DNA from: Euprymna scolopes
Taxonomy: Eukaryota
NCBI GenBank assembly: GCA_053919585.1
Contig: CM132791.1
Direction: 5' to 3' (one strand)
DNA: 64,000 bases
The notes below the pieces were generated by a model. The model was not told the origin of the DNA and did no database searches. It worked only from the letters and a program-made list of their open reading frames with translations. How positions within the stretch are numbered: position 1 is the stretch's first letter; the number at the start of each line of letters is the position of its first letter. Shown here in pieces: positions 38,066 to 52,057 of this stretch. The position numbers and the translations under genes are program-made.

Positions 38066-38329
38066 AAATTTGCATTCAATAAAATGTATTGTTTCAGTAT
38101 CAAAATAATCAAAAAAGATTTTACATACATACAAAACAGACGTAGCAAATCAAACAAAATCATCTTAAATAAAAGCATGTATAAAAGTTTATTTTGCAAT
38201 GTATTTATTTTTTTTTACAAATGGATAAGCGTCAACGAGATTAATGGATTGTCAGTTGAATGATAAAGAATAATATGAGGAGGTTGAAAATGATGGATGA
38301 AATGGACAATATTTTATTATGATAGTTTA

Positions 38330-39200
38330 TAACAAGTATATGTTAACATTAGATTTGAAGACGACAATGTTGTAGTCTGCAAGGAATTAATTCTGCGGTA
38401 ATGTGTTTCACAAATGGAAAGTTTTGGGGGAAAAATTCTGTTTATGGAAATTTCCTTTGATGTTGGGCAAATGGAGGAAAGCATTAAAGTTTTTTTTACA
38501 GTTGTGATAGAAAACGATTTCTTGCTGTGAATATCTTATAAAAATTAACCGGTGATTGAGAACTCAGTCTTATATGAGAAAGGAGTTGTAAGGAACTGAA
38601 AAGATAATTTCACACTAGGTTGTGAAGTTGAGTTGTTCTTTGTCAAGATTCAAAAGAGTGCTGTCTGACATTAGGAATTAGGTACTTTCTACAGCGGTAA
38701 AGTGATCCAACCATTTTCCAGTAACTTTGACAACGGACTAGGTATAAGTCTTCCATTTTATATCTGAAGTTAAGGGGTAGCTTACTTTTTCAGATTATCG
38801 AGGTTATTTTAAATAACCGTTTGCCTTAAGTTAATCTAAATTATATTCCTTCTTCTAAGTGAATTATCTCTGACTACTTTCTGATATTTAATTGCTGGTA
38901 TTATCCAAAAAAAAACATAAATTCCTTGTTGTCTGTTCCAGCCTAAAACATCGTACATAAAATGAAAAAGGACAAAAACCTAACCCATAATTATTTGTCA
39001 AATGACTTCACAAATCCTCTTGTCCCAACCTGTTACCCTTAATAAATAGTCTCACAACCTTACAAATCAGTCAGACACGCCACTTAGTCGCCTTGAAGCA
39101 TACATAAAAAACTTAAATTGTTGTGAAATCCACTTTTTTTCTGAATCCTGTTTGATACCCCGAACATATCTATTGTGTTAATATTATGGAATTAATTCCA
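38330..39200 (-). mobile_element. Highly decayed LINE (Jockey/CR1-like) 3' fragment
   Basis: Minus-strand remnants such as MVGSLYRCRKYLIP and DYNIVVFKSNVN resemble LINE ORF2 C-termini. Confidence 0.55.
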
Positions 39201-40801
39201 TTCGCCTATTGACAAGGCAGTAACTAGAGTGCACAACTCATTGAGACATGTCTTATTTAGGACATACGTCTTTTTTTTGTTTTCTTTCCCTTTACAAACT
39301 TATTTTTTATATTATAACTTTCTCCTCTATAAAGGGACAATCCCTTGGAAAGTTTCACCTTTGAAATTGATTACTATCCTACCTTTTCTAATCTATTATG
39401 CTTGATTAAGTTTATGGATTATGCACAGAAATGCTTATTCAATAGAAAAAGAAAACAGCTTTTTATTTTATATGGTAAAAAGAAAGAAAAGAAAAATACC
39501 TATTGACAATATTTTCATACCCCTTCCAGCTTTAGTCTCACCTCCTGTACAGTGTCATACATTATTCCTGTCTTTTATGTTTTGCTAAAACGTTTATTTT
39601 GTTTCTTTTTACAACATATAGGTTTAAAATCATAAAAATTGTAATAAACTTGCCCTGTTTTTCTTTCTTACTCGATAAATATATGTTCAATTTCAATTAT
39701 TATTTAGGTGCTTAACAGCAATTCTGTACGAGAAGAAAAAATATGTTTTCGTCCACATTTTATGAGAAGGTCAAAAAGTGTTTTTATTGAAGAAATAATA
39801 AAATCAAAATTAAATTTCCAAAGCAGTAAACATCTTTCAAGTTGACCAAGCCCTGACATTCATTTATACATATTAGTTACCTTCAAAGTAATGTTCAATT
39901 ATTACGGGCATGTATTACAAAGCGACTGAATAGATTTAAACAGTATACACAGTTTGTTTGTTTTTCAAGAAAGAAATGATATTTTTCTGTTTAGGTTGAG
40001 AACTCTGTATGAAAATGAGATGCTTAACTCTTCTCCGTTTTCATTCTTAATCAACTTTTTTGTTAAATCAAAGCGAAATCTCTTCATGAAAACTGAATAA
40101 AGAAAAATATGTTACCCTTGGCTACCACGGCTATAAAATTCTCATTGAGATTATATGTTATATGATACAACAAGCCAGAAAAATCTAATGATATCATAGT
40201 ATCCATTTTGTATCATCATATTTGTTGCATTAAAATAGAATTGTTTGTAGTAATGTTGTTAAAGTTAAACAATAGTTTTACAGAATTCGTTGAAAGTGTT
40301 AATATATTTAGATGAAAGGAAATGTATATACGAAAGGAAATGATTGTTTCGGAAAATAGAAAGTAAAAAAAGTATTGTGGATGCATTCTCGACAGCGTCT
40401 TCTACTTTGTTCCTCAATCTTCATCTAGTATGGGCGATGTTTCTAACTAAAAAGGAAGAAAATGCTGTTTATTCGGTCGGTAGTTTTGTGCCAGCGGTAG
40501 CTGGTGATGACTTGAGTAATTCTATTCATATTCTTATTACTATGTCACTAATTTGTCTGGAGGTAAACGTTTTACTTGAGCTGACGCTATTCACGTGATA
40601 GTCAGAGACTCAAACCTTGGATTAACTCTCAAAAAGGCTGTTCTATCAACAAATGCAAAACACTGGGTTTGTTGTATTGTCAGTTAGTGAATGGAGTTTG
40701 AAGCATGCAATAATTTCTGGTGAGGCCTCTCGATGCCATATTAGTTAGAACTACTGCAGATTTTCCTTTTTCACTGGTTCTCAAAATATGTTTCTTCTGT
40801 A

Positions 40802-40806
<5 letters not shown>

Positions 40807-40880
<74 letters not shown>
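40807..40880. repeat. (CT)n microsatellite
   Basis: Direct inspection. Confidence 0.95.
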
Positions 40881-40882
<2 letters not shown>

Positions 40883-40969
40883 ACACACTATTTACTCTGC
40901 CCTAAGCAATTCTGCTGACCTTTACCATAAATTTCCCAACCTTAATGTAACAAATAAAAATAAATTACA

Positions 40970-42960
40970 TAAACTCAATACCATACCTTACATCAGAGGA
41001 CTATGTTCCAGCCTTCCAAAGGTTGAAATACAATTATGAGAAACAAAACTCGACCTGCTGTTCCTGTGCAGAACTGGTATTGGTCTAACTGCTTCTGTAG
41101 ATGATTTCATGATTAAAGGTTACTCAAACTTTACATACATGATAAGATTTCGTACAATCTGATCCTCAAGATAGCCATAGTCACAGAATATGTATATTCA
41201 TTAGAGATGGCTTCCTATGTGGCAGGAACATCTCCAAAACGATACCCTAACTTGCCCTTTGTGTGCTTTCAAGTACTGTATTCATATTTTCCCTTATTCA
41301 TCCCCACAATGACAGAGTTGTTATTTTTTAATCCTGTCTGCTCGTCTTTTTGCTAACATTCATGTCTGTAGAGATTTTAATGTTCACAATGTTGAATGAT
41401 TAATCCAGTCAAATAAAACAAAAGGGTTAAATGAGATTTATTATCGTTTCTTCATTGTTTATGATCTAACCCTATTGCTTATGAATCTGCACGCATATCT
41501 GATGCTGATGGACAATTTTCATGTCTTCTTGATCTTTTTCTAACAACTTGCCCTGAACTGTGCTCATCCTCCGTTCTGTTTCTGCTTGGATGTTCCAATC
41601 ACTGAGTTGTCTAAATAAAGATTAAAAACATAATGTAACACGATCTCTGATGTCCCTTGCTATCGTACAGTGCACTGATACTTGATGACCGAGTGGGACA
41701 GCTTCAGAATAGTCATATCTGAAATACCTCTGCATTTCATGTTTAAAAAAATGTGTCCTCGTTAATATCTGGCTTAACTGAGTAATTAACCGTCGGTATA
41801 GAGAGCTACATACCCTCCAAACTATTCAACCGAAATCAGTCAGTTGTGGTTCACTCCAGAATGTGCAGGGTTGATTACACACAAAAGTCACTATTTTTAT
41901 TGCTTTCAACAAACTAGATTTTTTGAAGCTAAAGCCGCCTTTAGAACTATCAGTAACCACTAAATAGAATATTAGAAAGATAGAAAACGAGTCATATGCA
42001 CAATCCATTAAGTCTAAAGTAGCTGATCAGAAGCTTGGTTCCCACGAATTTTGGCATATAACAAATAGGTCCCTTACCAGATGTGTGACCTCTATCGCAA
42101 TCACCATCAACAGACTTCAGCCAATTTCGTTAGCATTTGACAAATCCAAACTTTTTACTAAGAACTTTGCACTAAACTCCATCCTTTACAATTAGGGTCA
42201 CCTACGTTTTGAATTTCCTCCCAAAACTGAAAATACTCAGAGTGACATCCATATATCAGTTCACGATGTTGCCAAACATGTCAAGAACCTTGATGCCAAC
42301 AAAGCAACTGACCGTTTCAATATTCCAATGATAGTGCTCAAAAAGTTAAATCAAAAGTTACAATCTGAACTAACTCCCATTCTTGCAAAACTGTTCAGAC
42401 ATTGCTTCAAGGAGAAATGCTTCTTAACATCATGGAAAATTTCATCAGTCTGGCTAGTCAGTTTTTTTTAAATACTTGAGATCTGTTTTTTTTTGTTTGT
42501 TTGTTTGTTTGTTTGCATCCCACTGCAGACTAACTAGTCTCCTGTGCATTTTTAGTAAGCTGCTCCATAATAGTGAAATTTTCAATCGCCTTAGCAAAAG
42601 CAGTCTACTTAATCATAGGCAATATGTTTTCCATCCTGCATGATCAGCAGCTGATGTGCTGACTGTAATATCACACAGGATTAGTGAATCTATTGATGGT
42701 TGTTTCGTTGCTAGATCAATAGCTTTTAAAATATAAAAGACATTTCATAGAATTTGGCATAAAGATATACTTCATATTTCTAACTATGGAATATCTGGAA
42801 ATGTGCTCTCAATAAACAAATCTTTTATCAGAAATGTTTATAAAAGTAGTTGTTGAAGCTCACAGTATCAATGCTGACGTACATCAAGGATTCGTTCTGG
42901 ACAAAACTCTTTTCCTGATCTACATCAATAATTTCGTAAATCACATTCTAAGATCATTTC
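40970..42960 (+). mobile_element. Decayed LINE ORF2 (AP endonuclease plus RT; Jockey/CR1-like)
   Basis: Remnants YIRGLCSS, DLLFLC, CRDFNVHNVE, LDLFLT, KAT...IPMIVLK..ELTPILAKLF and INADVHQGFVL...LFLIYIN occur in the expected order. Confidence 0.85.
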
Positions 42961-43135
42961 TTCTCACGATGTTTTGGCCAATATAACATCCAAGTTTCTT
43001 CCGGTGTATCTTGTAAGACTTGAAAATATTTATGTTGAACTTAAGAATATGTACACAATTTCGAACTGAACCTTTTTTTATTATTTATGTACAAATTTCA
43101 AAGTTCCCCATACACATGTTTGAGTTTGAGAAAAC

Positions 43136-43176
43136 GCACCTGAAGAGCGTCAGTGTTTCTATCAGTCGAAACGTTA
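43136..43176 (+). ncRNA. Decayed minimal HHR-like relic
   Basis: CTGAAGA-g...cagtc-GAAACGTT with the AACGTT palindrome; stems I and II are largely lost. Confidence 0.35.
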
Positions 43177-43262
43177 AAATAATAACATCTAAAATTTAAA
43201 AAAAACTAATCCAAATAATACAAAAAAATTCATAATGTTTTCCATTCAATTTTATTGCAACA

Positions 43263-43317
<55 letters not shown>

Positions 43318-44749
43318 TGTCCATGAACACACGATCAAAGCATTACATATTTAGTTTGTTTTCATTTTCGTTCCTTTTTTTAAAATAATTTACTCCCTCC
43401 ATCCCTACCTTACATCGTTTTGATTCAAAATGTGTATACACTTTTGTTGTCTGGCTATTTATAAAAAAGGTAGCAAAAAAAAGAAATCCACACACCAATT
43501 TTCCACAACTCATGCCTCATGAATATTTAAGTCTTAACCAAGCACATTCTAAATTTCTTGCGATCGTCTTATGAAAAGAAATTGGGCCAAACAAGGGTTT
43601 CATTGAAATTGTTTTAATTCCTCTTCAAACTTTATCATTCAATAAAAGAAACGGCTTTGTTTGTTTCTTCTCCAACTGGTGTTTTAGAACTGACAAAATA
43701 AATAAAGTAACCTGCTCAACTGGTTGGACCTGAATTGGTCTGTTGACAAATTTGAAGGAAGAAAAAAAAAGGAAATAATTGATGTCAAGGAAAATACCAA
43801 CAATGTCACAAAAACAAACAACAAAAAGTTTTCTAACCAGAAAACAAATAAAAAAAAATCAAAATGAATAAATAAGAAAGAATACCATTATTACTGATGT
43901 GATACGATCATAAAGTACCTTAGCTTTTAGTTTGCAGGTGTCATCTTTGCTTGATTAAAAAGAATAACTGAAAACTATCAATGGGCTATGATCGAATAAT
44001 GCAAATAAAGGCGTTGTGGAATTATTCAAAGGACTTAATGCAAAATTATTCAATGCTAAAAGAGAGAAAAAAAAACTTAAAAATCAAGAAAATATAGTTT
44101 ACTAATATAAACAGTGTGCCGGCATTGCACAGAGAAAACAATGACAAACGTAAAAAAAACTCCTGTATTCATCTGTTAACCCTATAATACTATTTAAACA
44201 ACATCAAACTGTAAATGTATCCCTATCTAGTGAAGTTTCGCTTTTCTTGTTAAACTATGCCATAGGTTTTGTTGTTTTTTAACTAAAATATTATTGTTAT
44301 TTTAAAATGTAAATCGACTGCACATTTTACAAAATGTTTAAATTTAAGCTCGAATTTTTTTTTTACACAAGGAAAATCAAATAGGCTAAAAGCCAAGTAA
44401 ATATAATTCACAGAGTGAATCATTTAATAGCTGACTTGTTTGTAAAAAGCGAAATAAATTCAAATAGATTTAATTTTATTTTGATAAGAAAATTATTTTT
44501 ATGAATTATTTTTAAATATATTATTTTTATCTATAATAAATTATAGCGAATTTAACTTTTTAATGAAATATGTATTTATGAATAAATTATTATTTCTAAA
44601 GCGATTTCTTTCAATAAGGAATTCAGGTCATTCTTTTCATTTAATTAGAAAAGCGTAAACAATGAAAAATGTAGTTCTCAATTGGAATTGAACCAGTAAC
44701 CTTCCATTAATAGATGAATGCATTATCGTTGCAATGTGAAAACAAATTT

Positions 44750-44868
44750 TGTAAAAAGTTCAAAACTAGTCGTTATTTATGTATACGTGTATAAGTTTTG
44801 ATAACTGTAAAAAGTTCAAAACTAGTCGTTATTTATGTATACATGTATAAGTTTTGATAACTGTAAAA
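44750..44868. repeat. 56-bp tandem duplication
   Basis: tgtaaaaagttcaaaactagtcgttatttatgtatacRtgtataagttttgataac, two copies. Confidence 0.9.
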
Positions 44869-45421
44869 AAAGAAAACTATTGTTTATGAATGTTAATGTA
44901 CTAAATCTGCGGTCTTGCTTACAGTTTGTTGACCAAACTGTATAAAACTCTTGCTTTAAAGTTTCTATATGCTGAAGAATATGAACCGCTCCAAACCATT
45001 CAAATATAATTAATGCATATTAATGAGATCTAGGTTAATCATGTTTTAAGGGAAATTGATTTAATGAAAGCGAACGATTATGAAATAATAAAATGACAGT
45101 ATTTGAGTTAATGCGATTTCATACAAGAATACTATGTTGATTTTGTTAAAGTGATGAATTATGAAAAGACAGAATGATGATTAGAGGTAGTTTTTGACCC
45201 GTAGAATATGAACCATAGTTTCTATGTCTAAATAAAGGAGAATTGCTCAATATCGTTGAAATGCAGTATATGAAATATTTGATATATGTTAATAAATATA
45301 AAAGATTGTTATTGTAATGTGTACCAGTATCCTCTGTAACTGGTATTGCTAAAATTTTGTATTTTACCAAATAAGTACAGGTTTAACATTTAAATTAATT
45401 TAGTGATCATTATGAATTTCA

Positions 45422-45978
45422 GTAATTGTCTGTATTTTTGAGATGAGGTGTTTTCATTTATTGAAATTGTCGGACTGACCTCCTCATCTTGGTTGTTATA
45501 GTCACAACTTCGGCCGTTTTGCCCTCGGCCTTCATGAGGTGTTTTGTATCGAACTGGGGAACCGTTTGTTAGGAGTCTTGAACCCAACCCTGTATTATTA
45601 TTACAGGAGTACCGTGTTCGGACTCTAGCTAGGCTCTGAGACATAGTTGCTGATTCTCTGTTTTGAATGTTACTTTTCACTGCCTTCGTTTAGGATTGAA
45701 CTCAAAGTTTACAGTTACCCAAAGGTGCTGAGTTCAATCCTGAACGAAGGCAGTGAAAAGTAACATTCAAAATAGAGAATCAGCAACTATGTCCCAGAGC
45801 CTAGCTGGAGTCCAAACACGGTACTCCCGTAATAATAATAAATCGTTGGGTTCGAGACTCCTAACAAACGGTTCCCCAGTTCGATACAAAACACCTGATG
45901 AAGGCCGGAGGGCAAAACGGCCGAAACGTTGTGACTATAACAACCAAGATGAGGAAATCAGTCCGACAATCTCAATAA
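45422..45978. mobile_element. Head-to-head inverted HHR-bearing element with 13-bp TSD
   Basis: Arms at ~45455-45704 and 45729-45978 with a 24-nt spacer. ATTATGAATTTCA occurs at 45409-45421 and 45979-45991. Confidence 0.88.
45892..45933 (+). ncRNA. Minimal (dimer-type) hammerhead ribozyme
   Basis: cac-CTGATGA-a-ggccg gagggcaaaa cggcc-GAAA-c-GTT-gtg. AACGTT palindrome replaces stem III; extra A before stem II; short 3-bp stem I. Confidence 0.7.
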
Positions 45979-48598
45979 ATTATGAATTTCAAAGCACATG
46001 TATTAGACATAACAGGACAAAATCTTGGCTTTGCTTTGTTTAAGTTGGTTTTATGCAAAGGGGCGTGAAAAAAGTATAGAAGCCTTCATGAAAATTCAGA
46101 CAACTTCGATTTTTGTGAAATTTGAACAATAGTTATTAGGCATCAATAAATATTTCTCAAGTTTCAGTTTCTTAGGAATATTGTAAAGGGGTTTACAGTA
46201 AGTAATGTGGGCACAACCCCTTATTTAAAATTTAAATATTTCAGATTTGCATTGAATTTGATCCATAGTGAGATTAAGATTCTACGAATTTCAATTTCTT
46301 TTTAACTGACTTAAAATTTAGTTATTTTCTAGAATATAAATTATGTAATGGGTTTTGATCGAAATTGTAATAAGGGTTAGAATCATTATATTTTGGTATT
46401 AATCTTCGTAAGAGGGCATAAACGTGGTGCAAAACTGTTCTGTTCAGGGAATTCATTTTATTAGCTCTTGGATGGGCATTGTTCTAGTTCCCTATAAAAT
46501 TATCTACAAAAATACATAAAAGCATTTAATACATATCAACACCTGCGTGAATGTTCTCCTTATATACTGGACAAAATATTTACACATGATTTAATTTATT
46601 TATTTAAATATTATTTGTGATATAAAATGAGCCAGACCCTTGTAACGAAGCCACTTTTCTATGGTGTTATTTCTACCACTAATTTAAATAATGTATGTAT
46701 TGTTTGATTTGACTGTTTTGTGTTTATTTTATATCCAAATTCAATGCATATTATAAACAATTCATTTTATACCATTGTTCGAACACATGTTGCTATTTTG
46801 CTTAGAGTTGAGATAAAAATTGTGGGTTTCTACCTTTTCTAAGCATATTAGTGCATAATCGAACAAGAGATCCGATACAAATTGAACTCAGCATTCCCGA
46901 TTCCATAGCCTTTACATATGTGCTCACGTTTTGAGTTTTCTGATCTTCTAATGTTGTTTTCTGTCTATCATTTTAACTTTATGTCACAAGTGTTGGTAAC
47001 TATTCACGCTATACATAATCAGTTATGTTTGATCCGGTGTTTCTCCACGCCTTCAGAGAACAGCATGTTTCACATTTATATTCGCTGCAACACCTGCATA
47101 GTATTGAATGCGCACATGTCTTGTTTATGTTCATAATAAAATGATATGTCTATAAATAACGTTAGTAAGTAGTGCCTACATCTGGAAGAATACAATTTGA
47201 ATCATCAGACAACCTCTGCGCATAAATCTATCTTGAGTGTTTCATGACCACTCTCCCCATCAGACAAGTTATGTTACATGATAGAGACAGACATGAACGT
47301 ACATATTGGCTTAGAATCTTTTCTTGTCTCTACGAGTTCAGCAAGGATTTAGAATATGTACAGTTTTCACCTGTAGTTGTATGAAGAAGATATGGTGTCA
47401 TAACTTTATCAAGAGTATTAGTGGATTTAAACCAATAGTAACAGCTGGAATTGAACACATAATGCCGAATTCGCTGTTTGAGCGAGTAGACAGTTGTGGC
47501 TCCCAATAAATAAATCAATTTCAATTAGATTTTTATCTAAGCTTTCAAATTATATGGTTCTTCTTTTTACCTACAAAATATTATTAAATGAACTTTATTT
47601 ATTTACATGTTTAAATGTTATCTTGACTGTTGCTATGTTTACTATGTTTCCACATCTACTACTCTTTGTATTCTTTTTTCAATTCTTAGTAGTCGGTAAC
47701 TTTCGGGGAATTTTTATCTTAAGCCTTTATTAAGGTTACCAGAGTTAACTCATTTTGCATTCGATATTTTCAGATATCTAATATAAGTTCATTATTCTGG
47801 ATCATGGATTGAACACACATCACAACCAAGCGGCTGAAGAATTAATGCTGAAACTACACTCTAAACCATTGTGCAATCATAATGTTTATAAATAAATCTA
47901 CATCAGACATAATTGTACAGTTTTAATCTAATGTTTCAAATTGTATGATACTTCCAATTTCAAAACAGTTCGTACATTATTATTGTTATCATTATTATAA
48001 TTTGATAATCATTAATTTTCTCAATTATTCATTTTTTTATTCTTNNNNNNNNNNNNNNNNNNNNNNNNNNNNNNNNNNNNNNNNNNNNNNNNNNNNNNNN
48101 NNNNNNNNNNNNNNNNNNNNNNNNNNNNNNNNNNNNNNNNNNNNNNNNNNNNNNNNNNNNNNNNNNNNNNNNNNNNNNNNNNNNNNNNNNNNNNNNNNNN
48201 NNNNNNNNNNNNNNNNNTATGAATATCAATATGAATAAGTATCAGAATAACATTGATTTTTTTTCATTGATCATTAACTTTTACCAACATTCTGTCACTT
48301 TATAAGGTAAATGTTATCAATTCGAGAATATCAATTACATTTCTGGCAAAACCAACTGTTACAAAGAGGACAATAAGTTAAGTTATTTATGTAAAAGTTG
48401 GTTTACCTTGGGATAGGAAATAATATTACCCGATTAAATCGAATGCATAATTCAACAAGTATTGAATATTATGAGGGTTTTTTATATTAATTCTAAGTAT
48501 AAATGTTTGAAATTTAAAAATAGTTCATTGTCTGCTGCCATCTCTTAATATAATCACTGTTGAATGCAATCTGATACGTTCATTTTTATGTTGCACTA

Positions 48599-48641
<43 letters not shown>

Positions 48642-49285
48642 TAAAGAGATAAACAAAAAACAAATCAATAAAAACAATATATGCAATATGTGTTTGTTTT
48701 TTTTTTTCAATAAAACTTATTTTTTTCAGTAAATCTTTCTCTTAGTGTTATTTCATAGAGTTCAACATGATCGAAAAAATATGTTTAATATTACGGACAC
48801 AGTCTTTCCTTTCTCAAAAAATATGCGTTTTATGAAGAGAACTTGTTTCCACTTATTGTTTTTCTTCATCTTTCTTTCAGCATTCCGGCTTCTACCGCAT
48901 TGTACCTATATGCTTATTTACCAGCAATGTTTCAAGCAAAATAGCATCTCTCTCTCTCTCATTTTCTCTCTCTCTCCCTCCCCCTCTCTCGATCTTTATG
49001 TATATCTCTATCTCTACTATTATATACAAGAGACTGTGTGTGTGCATGCGTGTGTGAGTTCCTTCCTCATAGATTCCGAAACGGCTGAGCCTATCATTTG
49101 CAAATTTCATACAAAGGTAATTTATATGTCTGCCAGTGTTCTTAGATATGTTTTGTACAAAAATCCATCCAATAAATATCGAAAATCGAAAATATTCAAT
49201 CTTAAAATACTCTTTCTCTCTTATAGATAAAAAGAAGCATTTTTACATGGTAATATTTTACGTTACACTGGCAAAGGGAAATAAT

Positions 49286-51794
49286 CAGTGTTACCAAGTT
49301 ACAGTTTTCCCACTGGATCTGGAGATTTCGTTTGTAATCTAGCGGGTAAAATTTTTATCTAGCTGCTACTGTTTTTTTTTTTCTAGAAAATATTGGAGAT
49401 ACAACCCCACAAAAATCAAAGAAAATCGCTTGAAAATACTTTGAAACATAAACTAAACTCATTCAGGTAGAAATGTAGCATTTATTACCTTTCATAACAA
49501 TTATGTATTGATTATTCGTTTGTTTTTCACCATTTGGGGGGGTTAACCATTCTTAAACTCGTTATAAACTCGTTTTTTCCAAGTACTTTCTATTGGAGAG
49601 GGAGGAGAGAATACGATCTAAGGATTATTTTAATTTAAAAGTATTTATTAACTTGGTAAAAAGTATAGAAAAGTTTACAGTCGAAAATTATAAAAAAAAG
49701 CAACAACAGGAAAAAACTTATACCAAATGCAGTAGAATTTAATTATCTACCGACATGTATACTTTTAATGTGCTAAAACTAAGTCTTTTCTAATTTCAAA
49801 ATATGTTGTCAAAGTGCTTTTTGTACACTGAATTAAAAGAAAAAAACAAATGGCCGCTTATCGCTTAATGGACGGGGGAAGGCTTAATTCCTGAAAAGTT
49901 GTAAACAAATGACTTATTCTACCCCTAATCCCGAGTTCTTGTTGCACTACCAAATTTAGATTTAGTGGAAGTCATATATTTTTATACAATTTTTCAAGAA
50001 TGAAATCCCCAATGGTTAAGCGATAAGCAACCAGTTGTTTGTTTAAAAGACAGCTAAAAGAAATGAAATAAAAAGAATGTAACCACAATTTAAGCATGTA
50101 TAAAAGATACTTGAATTTTATTGCATTTGGTATAAGGTATTTGTTGACTTTTGTCATTGCTTACATTTTCTAAACCTTTAACTATACAACACTATAACAA
50201 AGAGCCAACATTCATGCTTTTACTTATTTTTACTAACTTTTTCAACGTTTATTTAATTGTCAGCTTGAACTAAGTTTTATAATATGCAGCATATATGTGA
50301 ACACCTCAGTGAAGTTTATTGCGTTTATTTTTGAGCAAACATTAAAAGCAGAAACCAAATTTTTCACATGAAGAAAAAACATTTACTTGCCTTCCTACAA
50401 TGGCGAAATTAGACACAAGATCAGAATTTAATGTAGTGAAAACCTTGTTACCTCCAAAAAGAAGCATTCAGAATTGAGGTAACTTTTGTTTTAATCCTCA
50501 ATTTCAAGGATTTCTTTTTCATTGACCCAGGACAGAAAAGATAAAGTAGAGTATCAGACCAGATGCTATACTTTAATGTTAATTTTATTTGGAAAAGTAA
50601 AAAATAATACACATGAACCGAAAATAAAAAGATATTGTAAAATTAGCAAATATTTTAATCGTAATTTTTCTTTAATTTTGAAATATTCAGAGCAGACAAA
50701 AATATACTCGATTCTGAATGGTGGTGGCTAAAACGTGTGCTGTTTAATTTAATATAAAGTAACGCTTTATTTCTAAGGCTTTTTACTGGTTTAGGATTCA
50801 AGACGGCTTAGCATTTTTTTATTTTATTTTGCAATGAGAGATAAATTCTGCATGTTTAACGTGATTTCATGTAGTTTTATGACACTGCGATTTACACTTT
50901 GGATTAGACAGATATTAAAGATTAGTTATCTGTCCCCAAAAGTTAGAATGTTCTAGAAATCAGGGATCATTTTAATAAACATTTATATGAAAAAATGATC
51001 CGCCACTTTAAATTCCAAAATATTTTTGGAATATTCAACATAATCACCTAAAAAAGCAAAATTTAATTTTTTGAAGGGGGATAGCTAAGGGTGCTTATCT
51101 GCTTTTAAACATAAATATAATTCATTTGTTATATTAACAAACTATTTAATGTTTTCCCTTTGTATATATTCTCGAAGATGTTCATCTTGTGCTATTTCTG
51201 CCATTTATACATTTCTGCCATTTTTACCTACCCTCACTCAATCTCCTTTTTAGAATAGTTCTAAAACCTATCAATTAATTCACGTATAAATGTAATGCCT
51301 GTATTCTGGGGATTTAGTTTTTTAATTTTTATTTTGCCAATATTAATTTTTCTTATTTTTGAGGAGAATTTATTCGACAATATTAAATATTTAGGTACAT
51401 CATTATTGTGATGTTTAATTTGTAATATATTTCAATTTAATTTTATTATATTACATACTGTTTGATTTTATAATTTGTTTCTTGCAAAACAAAATTAACT
51501 TGACCGAAAAAACAGATAAAACTAGCTGATAAAATTTGAAAACCTTCTGGAGAGCTAACCGCTTCAATATAATTCCAAAAATATATAGTGAGAAAACACG
51601 GAATATTTTGTATATGCATGATATTTTCATGTACGGAAAGAAGTTAAAGTATAGTGCTTTTCTTTTTTAGAAATATTTTTGCTTCAAATTCGAGGTTTTT
51701 GAAATTTTCAGACGGCAAAAGTTAAAAATCTAGCGAATTTCTGGAGATTTCTTTTCCTTGATGTTTTTTTTTTAAATCTTAGTTGGCAACACTA
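49286..51794. mobile_element. Non-autonomous hAT-like DNA transposon (2.5 kb)
   Basis: Short imperfect TIRs CAGTGTTACCAAGT / AGTTGGCAACACTA. 8-bp TSD GAAATAAT/GAAATAAA. Subterminal motifs (ctggagattt, tctagcg) occur at both ends. Confidence 0.75.
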
Positions 51795-51981
51795 GAAATA
51801 AAATCTTAGCCAATCATTTTCGAAAATCGAAAAAATCTTATCTTAAAAGTAGTTTTTCTCTCTTATAGATAAAATAGAAGAATTTTTACAGGGGAATATC
51901 TTACGTTACACTGGCCAAGTGAAATAATAAGATCTCACAAAATAATTTCTTCTTAAAAGAGAAACAGATTTATTGTCATCT

Positions 51982-52057
51982 GGAGCTATAGCACAGTGGT
52001 AGAGCATTCAACCTAAACTCAAATGATCCTTTGTCTAAGCCAGGTTGTATCTCACCA
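51982..52057 (+). pseudogene. tRNA-Cys-like pseudogene ending in CCA
   Basis: GGAGCTATAGCACAGTGGTAGAGCATT...TCACCA, 76 nt. The 5' half resembles metazoan tRNA-Cys; the anticodon and T-loop are degenerate. Confidence 0.6.

Noticed and set aside
45390-46043. Pair of similar 96-aa ORFs on opposite strands as duplicated genes
   Set aside because: They are the two arms of a non-coding inverted repeat, start at GTG, and diverge by frameshift.
51982-52057. Functional tRNA gene
   Set aside because: Acceptor stem, anticodon arm and T-loop are disrupted; reported as a pseudogene only.
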